Shown here: positions 36,658 through 46,231 of the stretch, one piece after another
Position numbering within the stretch: the first letter of the stretch is position 1
Layout of the letters: each line of letters starts with the position of its first letter
From: a virus
Lineage: Duplodnaviria > Caudoviricetes
Virus record (IMG/VR): IMGVR_UViG_642973577_000001
Location: 100,603 to 164,602 of that record
Strand: one strand, 5' to 3'
DNA length: 64,000 bases
The notes under the pieces: generated by a model
Database searches by the model: none
Told to the model about the DNA's origin: nothing
What the model saw: the letters and a program-made list of their open reading frames with translations, nothing else
Translations under genes and position numbers: made by a program

Positions 36658-37005
36658 GTGAGCATCAACCCGAGCAAGGCCCGCAAGAAGCCCGTCGAGA
36701 TCGAGGTCATGCAGTACCGCCCCGGCCAGTACACCAAGCGCGAGTGGCTGGAGTGGATCGGCGACAAGGCCAACATCGGCACCAAGGGTGCGGACTACGA
36801 GGCGGGCCTGGACGAGACCGAGTTCGTCTGGTTCACCGTCGACACGCTGGAGGGCCACATGAACGTGGAGCCGATGGCGTGGGTGGCCAAGGGCGTCGAG
36901 GGTGAGTTCTACCCGATCAAGGACTCGATCTTCGAGAAGACCTACATCCTCACCGAGGTCGAGGGCGTCAGCGTCATCAGCTTCGACCCGAGCATCGTGC
37001 CGTGA
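36658..37005 (+). CDS. conserved phage protein (RKKPV..TLEG..GEFYP.K..IF..TY family)
   Basis: Recognisable motif set; AGGAG SD. Confidence 0.75.
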   Translation: MSINPSKARKKPVEIEVMQYRPGQYTKREWLEWIGDKANIGTKGADYEAGLDETEFVWFTVDTLEGHMNVEPMAWVAKGVEGEFYPIKDSIFEKTYILTEVEGVSVISFDPSIVP

Positions 37006-37412
37006 CCGACTTCCAGGTGGAGCTGGCCACCGTCACCGTCCTGTGCCTCATGGCGCACATGGTCGGCGACTACTTCATCCAGAACGACTGGATGGCCTTG
37101 CAGAAGACCAAGCGGTGGCTCCCGGCCATCGTCCACGGCGTGACGTACACGATCCCGTTCGTGCTGGTCACGCAGTCCTGGCTGGCGCTGCTGATCATCG
37201 GCGGCACCCACATCGTGCTCGACCACTACTACGCGGCCAAGTACGTCATCTGGGCCAAGAACCAGATCGCCCCGGCACGCCTGCGGCCTCCGCTGTCCAG
37301 CCCGACCGGCTTCAACCTGGAGCGCCCGGACTGGATCGCCGTCTGGCTGCTGATCATCATCGACAACTGCATCCACATGGGCATCAACGTCGCGGCGGTG
37401 CTCTGGCTGTGA
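37002..37412 (+). CDS. DUF3307 membrane protein
   Basis: AHMVGDYFIQ..WMA..K, H...Y, H..LDH, DN..H. Confidence 0.85.
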   Translation: MTDFQVELATVTVLCLMAHMVGDYFIQNDWMALQKTKRWLPAIVHGVTYTIPFVLVTQSWLALLIIGGTHIVLDHYYAAKYVIWAKNQIAPARLRPPLSSPTGFNLERPDWIAVWLLIIIDNCIHMGINVAAVLWL

Positions 37413-37540
37413 TGTCCAAGACGTTCAACGCCGCCGTGGCCCGCGCCTACGAGCACTACCGCATGGGTCACGTGACCGGCGTGAAGGGACCCAAGACGGC
37501 GCGGCGCGTTTGGTGTGAGACCTGCAAGGAGTACCTGTGA
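37412..37540 (+). CDS. small zinc-finger protein
   Basis: TGATG coupling; H....H...CETC. Confidence 0.55.
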   Translation: MSKTFNAAVARAYEHYRMGHVTGVKGPKTARRVWCETCKEYL

Positions 37541-38235
37541 CTTTCAAGGTCGCCGTCGTCGGCCACGTGGACCGGCGCGGCAAGCGGGACCAGTTCCTGG
37601 AGAACATCGCCGACCGCACCTTCGAGGACGACGGTCGCCTCGGCGCTGGCCGCAACCACCTCCGCGCCTGGCGCTGGCTGGCTCGTCAGGAGGAGGAGTG
37701 GGGCGTGGTGCTGGAGGACGACGCCGTGCCGGTCGACGGTCTGCCCGATCAGATCCACAGTGCCCTCTACGTGGCTCCCACGCCCGTCGTGAGCCTGTAC
37801 CTGGGCCGAGGACGCCCGCCAGGCATCCAACACGCCGTACAGCGGACCCTGGGCATGATCAGCGTGGACGGCGTAGACCCGTGCTGGCTGGTCCATCCCG
37901 GCCTGGCGCACTGTGTCGGCGTGGCCATCCGTACCGACCAGATCGAGAGCCTGATCGAGTACATGCCCTGGCACCTACGCAGCGGCATGCCCCCGGACGA
38001 GATCATCAGCCGGTGGGCGCAGCGCGGGCCGAAGTGCCTCGTGAGCTACACCTGGCCGAGCCTGGTCGATCACAACGACGAGCTGCCGACTACCATCGTC
38101 GATCGGCGGTCCATGATCCTGGACGAGATCTGGGGCGAGCAGGACCGGCGCGAGGAGGACCCGCCCAAGCTGGTGCGCAAGGCCTGGCGCGCCGAGCGCC
38201 GCGAGGAGTGGAACTCGCTCTGCTTCCCGTTCTGA
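37537..38235 (+). CDS. glycosyltransferase (GT25-like)
   Basis: G..NH..AW, VVLEDDA, VSLYLG, PSLVDH. Confidence 0.8.
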   Translation: MTFKVAVVGHVDRRGKRDQFLENIADRTFEDDGRLGAGRNHLRAWRWLARQEEEWGVVLEDDAVPVDGLPDQIHSALYVAPTPVVSLYLGRGRPPGIQHAVQRTLGMISVDGVDPCWLVHPGLAHCVGVAIRTDQIESLIEYMPWHLRSGMPPDEIISRWAQRGPKCLVSYTWPSLVDHNDELPTTIVDRRSMILDEIWGEQDRREEDPPKLVRKAWRAERREEWNSLCFPF

Positions 38236-38287
38236 CCTGTCATCCCCTGGTCCAGCCACCTGAATAGGTGAGCATGGAGGAGATACG

Positions 38288-41200
38288 GTGCAGAAGCGTG
38301 CGCTCACGATCAACTTCCAGCGGTCGGTAGGTAGCAAGCCGGTCGTGATGGAAGTCGCGATCAACCCCTTGGCCGACCCCAGCGCACCCGACCTGGACGC
38401 CACGCTGGTGGGTCGCGAGACCCGCGACGTTCTGTTGAGCGGCGAGTACGAGAACAACCCGGTCGTGTTCGAGCTGGTGCCCACCGATCACCCGGACCTG
38501 ACTGTCCGCATCCCGTACCGCATCGCCTGGCGCGAGAAGTACATGGGCAGGGTGTTCACGAAGGACTTCGTGATGCCCGACTTCGACGTCGACTTCGACG
38601 ACCTGGAAGACCTCGGCAACATCATCGGTGGCCAGACCTACCTGCAGTGGAGCGACCGTAGCGCCCCCGGTGGCGTGGCCGGTCTGGACAGCCAGGGCCG
38701 CGTCATCGACGCCGACGGCAACCCTGTCTCCGGTGCCGAGTCCGCTGCCGTGGTCCAGGGCAAGCTCGACGCCGAGGTGGTGGCCCGTCAGCAGGCCGAC
38801 AGCTTCCTGCGCACCTACTTCCTGCAGTACGCCCAGGACCAGCTCACGCAGGTCTACAGCACCATCACCAGTCAGCTGCAGGCCGCGACTCAGCAGCTCA
38901 GCAACGCCGACCTGACCGAGAAGACTCAGCGTCAGCAGGCCGTTACCCAGCTCAACACCGCACTGGCAAACCTGCAGAGCAACGTCAACACCCAGATCCA
39001 GGGCATCAACGGCCTGATCGACGACGTGGAGACGCAGCTAGGCGTCAAGGCTGACCTGGTGGGCGGCAAGATCCCGTCGAGCCAGCTGCCCGACGTCGCC
39101 CTCGGCAAGGCTGTCACGGTGGCCAACGAGGCTGCCATGCTGGCGCTCACCAGCGCCCAGATCCAGCCTGGCGACTTCGCGGTCCGCCCGGACGGCATCT
39201 TCTTCCTCAACGCCAACCCGGCCAGCCAGATCGGCAACTGGGTCCGGTTCCAGGTCTCTGCCACGGTCCTGTCGGTCAACGACCAGACGGGTGCTGTGGT
39301 CCTGTCCGCCGCAGACGTGGGCGCTCGCTCGGCCAGCCAGCCGGTGCCGTTCAACGACGTCTCGGGCCTGTCGGCAGCCTTCACGGCCAAGACCGACGTC
39401 ACGGTCACCAACGCGATCAACGCCCGCCTGGCCGCGATCGAGGGCGACACCACCATCGTCCGCACGCAGGGCGGCGTGGTCCCCCGCACGCTCATGGGTA
39501 CCTTCCTGGCTTACATCAACGGTGACGGCCAGGTCACGCGCAAGGACGGCACCGTCCTCAACCTCGGCGGCGGAGGTGGCGACCTTGACATCGGGGACGT
39601 CACCGGTCTGCAGGCCGCGCTCGATGCGAAGGTGGGTACCAGCGACCCAGCCCTGACCAACCCGAGAACCCCCACGGTTCACGCGGCGAGCCACGCTACC
39701 GGCGGCACCGATCCCGTAACGCCAGCGGCTATCGGTGCCCGCGCCGTGGGGGTCAACGTCCCGATCGCCGAGGTGGAAGGCCTCAACGCGATCCTCTCCA
39801 ACAACGCGCTGACCGCCAGCTCGAACCTGGACGGTCGCATCGCGTCGGTGGAGCAGCAGCTGGAGGATCTGGACCCAGGCGGAGGAGGTGGCACCGGCAG
39901 CTCGGCCAAGACGATCTGGTTCAACGCCGGAGGCCTGACCACCGACCTGTCCACGGTCCTGCTGCGCAGCCCGTTCGGCAATGACGGCACGAACTACTAC
40001 TACAACCCTGCCGGAGCCGATCCGGGCGAGGCTGTGTGGCCGTACCTCACGCCGAACGGCCACCTCAAGTTCATCAAGCGCGACGAGACCGCGCCCGAGG
40101 ACAAGCCGCTGGCCACGCAGGAGGCTCTGGCCGCGCTGCAGGTCGTCGTAGACGACAAGGCCGACGCCGCTGACCTGGCCATCGCCAACGCCGCGATCGA
40201 GACCAAGGCCAGCCTGGCGGCGCTGAGCACGCTGCAGGCGCTGGTCGACACCAAGGCCACCACCACCCAGGTCAACAACCTGGCAGACACCTTGGCTACC
40301 AAGGCCAGCCAGACGCAGGTAGACGGCATCTCTACCACGCTGGCCACCAAGGCGAACCAGACCGACCTCCAGGCCCTGGAGAACGAGGTCGACGGCAAGG
40401 CCACCACGCAGTCAGTGACCACGCTCAGTGGCCTCGTGAGCGCGCTGCAGACCGGCAAGGCAGATCTGACCGGCGGCAAGGTCCCAGTGGCTCAGCTGCC
40501 CGTTCAGCCCATCAGCAACATCGACGGGTTGCAGGCGGCACTGGACGCACGCGCCACGCTGGTCGGCGGCAAGGTCCCGGACTCCCAGCTGCCCAACGTC
40601 GGCATCAACAAGGTCGACGGCCTGACCGCCGCCCTCGGTGCCAAGGCCGACCTCGTGGACGGTCGCGTCCCCACCACGCAGATCCCGTCGGTGGCGCTCA
40701 ACACCGTCTATCCGGTGGCCAACCGGCCAGCCATGCTGGCGCTGACCACAGCCCAGGTCCAGCGCGGCGACATGGCCGTCATCACCGCGACCGCTGACAA
40801 GGGTTCGTACATCCTCAACGCCGACGACCCGAGCGTGTTCAGCAACTGGATCAAGCTGACCACGCCCGACGACGCGGTGCAGAGCATCAACGGCCAGACC
40901 GGTGTCGTGGTGTTGGGAGCGTCCGACGTCGGCGCTCGTGCGGCAGGCACGCAGCTGACCATCGCCGAGACCAACGGCTTGCAGACGGCTTTGGACTCCA
41001 AGGCCAGCACTACCCAGCTCACCACAGGCCTGGCTGGCAAGACCGCGCCCGCCGACGTCAACCTGCTCATCAGCGACTCGGTGGCCAACAAGCAGAAGGC
41101 CGACTACGCTTCCACCTCGGCGGTAGCCTCGCTCAGCGGCCAGCAGAGCATCGACGGCACGCTGGTGCCGATCGGTGCCGTTGTGCTGCTCACGGCCCAG

Positions 41201-41749
41201 TCCAGCTCGGTCAACAACGGCCTGTGGGTGGTCAACACCGGAGCCTGGACCCGTGTGCCCGACATGGCCGTGGGCCAGTACTTCCTCAAGGGCACGATGG
41301 CCGTGGTCACCAGCGGCGCGAACCACGCTCAGACGCTGTGGCTGCAGACCAACAGCAGCGGTGTCGTGGGCACGAACGCCAACAACTGGACCAAGGTGCT
41401 CACCGCTGGCCAGGTGCCGAACTTCACGGCCACCAACGGCGTCAAGCGCCTCGGCAACGACTTTCAGCTGGACGCGGCCACGGGTGGCGGCATCATCATC
41501 AGCAACGGCCAGGCCCGTCTGGACCCGGTGGTGGCCACCCGCAAGTACGCCGGAGACGTGCCGCCCGGATCGACGGTCACCACGATCACGCACAACCTCA
41601 ACAACCTGGACGTCATCGCCAGCTTCCGCGACAAGAGCGGTGGAGACGCCGTGCTGCTGGGCTGGAAGCCGACCGGCGTGAACACCATCTCGGCTGAGTT
41701 CGCGGTGCCTCCGACGGCAGGACAGTGGCGTGTGGTGGTGATGGGCTGA
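38288..41749 (+). CDS. long tail fibre protein
   Basis: Repeats KADL.GGK.P..QLP and SVN.QTG.VVL.A.DVGAR; coiled coils; ITHNL C-terminus. Confidence 0.85.
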   Translation: MQKRALTINFQRSVGSKPVVMEVAINPLADPSAPDLDATLVGRETRDVLLSGEYENNPVVFELVPTDHPDLTVRIPYRIAWREKYMGRVFTKDFVMPDFDVDFDDLEDLGNIIGGQTYLQWSDRSAPGGVAGLDSQGRVIDADGNPVSGAESAAVVQGKLDAEVVARQQADSFLRTYFLQYAQDQLTQVYSTITSQLQAATQQLSNADLTEKTQRQQAVTQLNTALANLQSNVNTQIQGINGLIDDVETQLGVKADLVGGKIPSSQLPDVALGKAVTVANEAAMLALTSAQIQPGDFAVRPDGIFFLNANPASQIGNWVRFQVSATVLSVNDQTGAVVLSAADVGARSASQPVPFNDVSGLSAAFTAKTDVTVTNAINARLAAIEGDTTIVRTQGGVVPRTLMGTFLAYINGDGQVTRKDGTVLNLGGGGGDLDIGDVTGLQAALDAKVGTSDPALTNPRTPTVHAASHATGGTDPVTPAAIGARAVGVNVPIAEVEGLNAILSNNALTASSNLDGRIASVEQQLEDLDPGGGGGTGSSAKTIWFNAGGLTTDLSTVLLRSPFGNDGTNYYYNPAGADPGEAVWPYLTPNGHLKFIKRDETAPEDKPLATQEALAALQVVVDDKADAADLAIANAAIETKASLAALSTLQALVDTKATTTQVNNLADTLATKASQTQVDGISTTLATKANQTDLQALENEVDGKATTQSVTTLSGLVSALQTGKADLTGGKVPVAQLPVQPISNIDGLQAALDARATLVGGKVPDSQLPNVGINKVDGLTAALGAKADLVDGRVPTTQIPSVALNTVYPVANRPAMLALTTAQVQRGDMAVITATADKGSYILNADDPSVFSNWIKLTTPDDAVQSINGQTGVVVLGASDVGARAAGTQLTIAETNGLQTALDSKASTTQLTTGLAGKTAPADVNLLISDSVANKQKADYASTSAVASLSGQQSIDGTLVPIGAVVLLTAQSSSVNNGLWVVNTGAWTRVPDMAVGQYFLKGTMAVVTSGANHAQTLWLQTNSSGVVGTNANNWTKVLTAGQVPNFTATNGVKRLGNDFQLDAATGGGIIISNGQARLDPVVATRKYAGDVPPGSTVTTITHNLNNLDVIASFRDKSGGDAVLLGWKPTGVNTISAEFAVPPTAGQWRVVVMG

Positions 41750-43098
41750 TGGCAGGACTGCGCTACGTCGGCGCACCTGTCGCCGATGACCCGGACCTCG
41801 TGTACCAGGACTACGTGCGCCTGCTCAAGGACGAGGACCTCACCACCGAGCAGATCGACGCGGTGATCGACTCTGGCCTGGGCAGCTACGCCACCCGCAG
41901 CTACGTCGAGCAGCAGGACGCACTGCTGGCCAGCAGCGAGTACATCAACGCCCAGGACAACCTGCGGGTGAAGCTGGCCAGCAAGGACGTGCCCAACGGC
42001 GTGGCCGCGCTGGACGCCACCGGCAAGGTCAGCCCGAATCGGATCAATGCGCCCAACAGCCAGCGATACCTCAAGGGTCCATGGGTGCCGTCGGCCTACA
42101 TGGGTGCCGTCGACAGCATTGCCGCAGGCACCACTCTGTTCACCCTGCCGGTGGCCGACCCCGGCTACCCGTACCGGCTGCTGGTGTTCGGCGAGATCGA
42201 CGGCCACATCAACACCGACACCGAGCACCTCGGCATCACCGTCAACGTGGGCAGCCCCAGCGGTCCGGTCGTCGCGCTCGGTCGCGGCGCGCAGGACGCC
42301 CAAGAGAACGCGCTGGCCGGTGACGACTTCAACCGGGCCAACTCCAGTAATATCGGTGCGGGCTGGGACTACGAGTACGGCAGCGGCACCGGCAGCCTGA
42401 CCATCTCCGGCAACGCCGCCGCGTGGGCCGATGGTGGAGCTGAGTGGCGTACGGTCACCGCCCGCCGGGTCGATCCCAACAGCGCCAAGACGGCCACCAA
42501 CATCCAGCGTGTCCTGGCCACGATCGACACCGCTGGCGAGACCGAGTTGAGTGGTCAGGGTAAGCCGTATCTGCGCCTGTTCACCCGAGTGAACGACGCC
42601 GGTACCCAGTACTGCGCCTGGGAGCACACCGACACCAACCTGCGGTTTGTCTACAACGCGGGTGCAGGAGAGCAGCAGCTCGGCACCACCGTGGCCTCGG
42701 GCAACATGGGAGGCGGCACGCAGGCCATCGCGTTCGCGGGCAACCCCGCAGGTGAGGCCCGCAAGTTCTACTTCTATAAGGGCACCACGCTCATCCACCA
42801 GGTGGAGGACACCGCAGCAGTGACGGCCATGGGGCCGAACAACCGAGGCTGGGGCTTCGGCATGCGCGCCACCTCGCGTAACTTCGGCCAGACCACGCCG
42901 CCGTCGTTGGACTCGATCTACGTCACCGACGCGCTTCCTAACCACGCCCAGATCAGCATCCTGCCGTACAACCTGACCGGCGGCGCGCTCACCGGAGCCA
43001 CCACGCTCTACGTCCAGGCCGGTCGGTCGGGTACTGTCGCCCTCGGTTCGGTGCGTGCCTACCGGCCACGTCTGCATGTGATGGCGGTGCCTGCCTAA
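41749..43098 (+). CDS. minor tail/receptor-binding protein
   Basis: MAGLRYVG..QQDALL..NGVAALD.TGKV module; DDFNRA lectin-like insertion. Confidence 0.75.
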   Translation: MAGLRYVGAPVADDPDLVYQDYVRLLKDEDLTTEQIDAVIDSGLGSYATRSYVEQQDALLASSEYINAQDNLRVKLASKDVPNGVAALDATGKVSPNRINAPNSQRYLKGPWVPSAYMGAVDSIAAGTTLFTLPVADPGYPYRLLVFGEIDGHINTDTEHLGITVNVGSPSGPVVALGRGAQDAQENALAGDDFNRANSSNIGAGWDYEYGSGTGSLTISGNAAAWADGGAEWRTVTARRVDPNSAKTATNIQRVLATIDTAGETELSGQGKPYLRLFTRVNDAGTQYCAWEHTDTNLRFVYNAGAGEQQLGTTVASGNMGGGTQAIAFAGNPAGEARKFYFYKGTTLIHQVEDTAAVTAMGPNNRGWGFGMRATSRNFGQTTPPSLDSIYVTDALPNHAQISILPYNLTGGALTGATTLYVQAGRSGTVALGSVRAYRPRLHVMAVPA

Positions 43099-43865
43099 TG
43101 GGTCTCGATTACGTGGGCCGAGCGCCCGACTCCGATTACTCGGTGCTGCCCCGGCGGTACGTCACCGAACGCTACGACACGATCCGGGTCGACCAGGACT
43201 TCATCACCGCCGACCTGGCCAACCAGGCTGCGGCCACCGGCCTGGTGGCTCCGAGCTACGTCGACCAGCAGGACGCGCTGCGCGCCAAGAAGGCCAACGT
43301 GGACGCCGCCGATGCCAACTACATCCCGGTCAGCCAGGTCGGCGCGCCCAACGGCGTCGTGCCGCTGGACAACAACAGCTACATCGCCAGCCAGTATCTG
43401 CCGACCATCCAGACTGAGCGCAAGATGGGCTTCGTCGCGGCGCAGACGGTCATCCTCAGCGGCGACCGCGTGTGCACCGCGATCAACCCCAAGGAGTACC
43501 TGGCCGCTACCCTGACCATCCCCGACCCCGGCTTCCCGTACGTCCCGCTGCTGTTCGCTCACATCTTGGGCGGCTCGGTCAACGGCAACGCCGCCAACCG
43601 AGGCATGGGCACCGGCAGTTACGGCCAGATCAGCATCCTGCGCGCCGACGACACCAAGTACTCGTGGTCGCTGACCACCAGCCACAAGCCGCTGGCCTAC
43701 CACACCTGCGTGCCGTTCGCCGACAACACGGTCAACCCGACCACCCGACCGCTATTGGAGGGGCAGCACGTGTTCAACCTGTTCTTGGGCCTGTGGAGCG
43801 GCAACACCTACACCTTCAATTCGACGGCGCTGCAGTTCTACGCGCTCGTGTTTCCGGGGTTCTGA
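43098..43865 (+). CDS. minor tail protein
   Basis: Paralogous N-terminal module MGLDYVG..QQDAL..NGVVPLD. Confidence 0.75.
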   Translation: MGLDYVGRAPDSDYSVLPRRYVTERYDTIRVDQDFITADLANQAAATGLVAPSYVDQQDALRAKKANVDAADANYIPVSQVGAPNGVVPLDNNSYIASQYLPTIQTERKMGFVAAQTVILSGDRVCTAINPKEYLAATLTIPDPGFPYVPLLFAHILGGSVNGNAANRGMGTGSYGQISILRADDTKYSWSLTTSHKPLAYHTCVPFADNTVNPTTRPLLEGQHVFNLFLGLWSGNTYTFNSTALQFYALVFPGF

Positions 43866-44596
43866 TGGCTGGCCTGACATACGTCGGTGTAGACGATGAA
43901 GACCCACGTTCGATCGAGACGCGCCTGTCGGCGGAGGGCACGCTCAACGAGGGCGTCAGCCGCGCCTACGTCTCTGGCCGGATCGCCGAGAAGATGGCCA
44001 CCCGCGCCCCCAAGACGTTCGTCGACACCTCCGACGAGCAGTTCGCCCCGGTGGCCTACTACAGCCAGCAGGACGCTCTCCTGGTGCCCAACACGGCCAA
44101 GGGCGCAGCGTCGGGTGTGGCCACCCTGAACGCCAGCGGTAAGGTGCCCACGGCGCAGATCCCGGTGCTGGGAGCTGGCATGCTGCGTGGCCCGTGGGGA
44201 GCCAACCAGGCCTTCGGTGGCACCACCGACATGACCCCGCTCAAGATCGCTCAGTGGAACCTCGGCGTGACCGGCGTGACTGGCGTGCCGCTGGTGTTCA
44301 TGAGCACCTCGGCCCAGAGCACCGACGGTCGATCGCTCATCGAGGTGCGCATCGGCGACAACACACAGACGACCTACGCAGCGCAGACGCTCATCGCGCA
44401 GGGGTTCGGTCGTGAGTGGTATCTGGACTATCAGATGATCACGGTCCTGCCCTGCCCTCCGGCTGGGTTCGTACTCAACCCGGCGACGAACTACATCGTC
44501 AACGCCTGGCTCATCGACACCAACGGTGGTCAGAGCACCACGCAGGTGGGCAGCATCGCGAGCGCCTCGCTGTTCATGGCGCGTACCGCACTGTAA
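43865..44596 (+). CDS. minor tail protein
   Basis: MAGLTYVG..QQDALL..GVATLNASGKVP. Confidence 0.75.
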   Translation: MAGLTYVGVDDEDPRSIETRLSAEGTLNEGVSRAYVSGRIAEKMATRAPKTFVDTSDEQFAPVAYYSQQDALLVPNTAKGAASGVATLNASGKVPTAQIPVLGAGMLRGPWGANQAFGGTTDMTPLKIAQWNLGVTGVTGVPLVFMSTSAQSTDGRSLIEVRIGDNTQTTYAAQTLIAQGFGREWYLDYQMITVLPCPPAGFVLNPATNYIVNAWLIDTNGGQSTTQVGSIASASLFMARTAL

Positions 44597-44638
44597 GACC
44601 TGCTTCCAGGAGCTGGAAGTAGTAGGAGGGAAGTCCCT

Positions 44639-46231
44639 ATGGCGTTGATTACCGAGAACGGCTGGCCGCAGGTGCCGCGCAGCCTGTGCGACAACTTGCT
44701 GGTGCCTGGCACCAACCGCGTGAAGCCTGAGCTGCGCAAGGACGACGTGACCATCATCCTGGTCGCGTGGGCCTGCTGGTTCGATCGCAACGTCCGCAAC
44801 ATCGAGCCGCCCGACGGTCATCGCAACTGGTGGGCCTGGAGCGCCACCAACGACGTCTGGAACAGCAACCACCTCTCCGGCACGGCGCTGGACCTGTGCG
44901 CCGACGAGCTGCCGTGGCAGCGCCGCACCATGCCGCAGAACCAGGTGGAGATCACCAACCGGGGTATCGCTCTGTTCGAGGGCACGGTATTCTGGGGTCG
45001 CAATTGGTCGCGTGTCGATGAGATGCACTTCCAGATTGGACTCCCACCCAGCTCTCCCAAGATCCGCGAGTTTGCGGACAGATTGCGCAATGGCTACCTC
45101 AACATCTTCGGACCACCAGACCCCAACGCCTTCCCACTACCTCTGGGCTATTACTACGGACCGCTTGACGGCCCGGTCGAGTCCATCAGCGGCGAGTACG
45201 AGAGCGACTCGCAGGCTGCTAAAGACGGCCTGGGCCGCTGGCAGGCAGCCCTCGGTCTCCCGGTAACGAAGAAGTGGAACGACGGCCTCACCCCGCGTGC
45301 GGCCTACGTCCTGCAGCGCACCAAGGGCTGGCCAGCAAACCCGCTATTCGGGTTCGGCGGCGTCTACAAGGGCGAGTGGGATGCGGTCATCCGCGAGGGC
45401 TGGCGTTTGCCAGCAGACGTCAATCTGCACAACGTCGTCATCCCGGAGTTCGAGTACCCGCTGACGAAGTGGGGCGACTACAGCCAGTATCAGGCAGCCA
45501 CCGTCGACAACACCTACCCGTACGAGGTCATCTCGTTCCGGGCGTCGATCGCCAACCAGATCGACGAGAAGTGGCTGGCCAACATGAAGGCCGCGCAGAT
45601 CCTCGTGCGGCAGGGCAAGCTCAAGAAGATCATCGCCTACCACTTCTGGGTGCCTGGCGCTGACAACTGGGGCACCTTCCGGCGTGCGATCGAGGCAGCC
45701 GGTGGCGTCACCAAGGAGCTGTGCTTCATGCTCGACGTCGAGGACGGCGGCACGAAGTGGAACATCCGGGGAGACCAGACCGCAGGCGTCAAGAGCTTCA
45801 TCGCCAGCGGCCAGACCTACTTCCAGAACCCGCAGGCCGCGTCCATCTACTGGAACCCGACGGCCAACCCGGACCTTCTGGTGGGTATCAACGACCGCGA
45901 GCTGCGAGGCGTCAAGCTGATCGTGCCCCGGTACAACGGACCAGACAAGGCTCCATGGACGCCCGACGGCGTGCAGTGGTTCGGGCACCAGTACTCGGAT
46001 CGCGAGAACACCCCGCCTTTCGGCCCGACCGACATCAACCAGGCCAAGATGCCCCTCAGCATCTTCCTAGCAGCGTGGGGCACAAATGGCGGTGTTGCTG
46101 AACCTGATGATCCAGGCACTCCTGTCCCTGCTGAGCCGGTTCCCCCGGTGGATACAGACTCCGGTGAAGCGGAGCCTGACTGGAGCAGTGAGCGCGTCCT
46201 CGTCGCGATCGGAGCGCAGTTCGGTGCCTAG
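44639..46231 (+). CDS. lysA: lysin A (M15-type peptidase, PG-binding and GH25-like domains)
   Basis: TENGWP, SNHLSGTALD, DEMHF; later AYHF, MLDVE, HQYSD, DIN. Confidence 0.9.
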   Translation: MALITENGWPQVPRSLCDNLLVPGTNRVKPELRKDDVTIILVAWACWFDRNVRNIEPPDGHRNWWAWSATNDVWNSNHLSGTALDLCADELPWQRRTMPQNQVEITNRGIALFEGTVFWGRNWSRVDEMHFQIGLPPSSPKIREFADRLRNGYLNIFGPPDPNAFPLPLGYYYGPLDGPVESISGEYESDSQAAKDGLGRWQAALGLPVTKKWNDGLTPRAAYVLQRTKGWPANPLFGFGGVYKGEWDAVIREGWRLPADVNLHNVVIPEFEYPLTKWGDYSQYQAATVDNTYPYEVISFRASIANQIDEKWLANMKAAQILVRQGKLKKIIAYHFWVPGADNWGTFRRAIEAAGGVTKELCFMLDVEDGGTKWNIRGDQTAGVKSFIASGQTYFQNPQAASIYWNPTANPDLLVGINDRELRGVKLIVPRYNGPDKAPWTPDGVQWFGHQYSDRENTPPFGPTDINQAKMPLSIFLAAWGTNGGVAEPDDPGTPVPAEPVPPVDTDSGEAEPDWSSERVLVAIGAQFGA

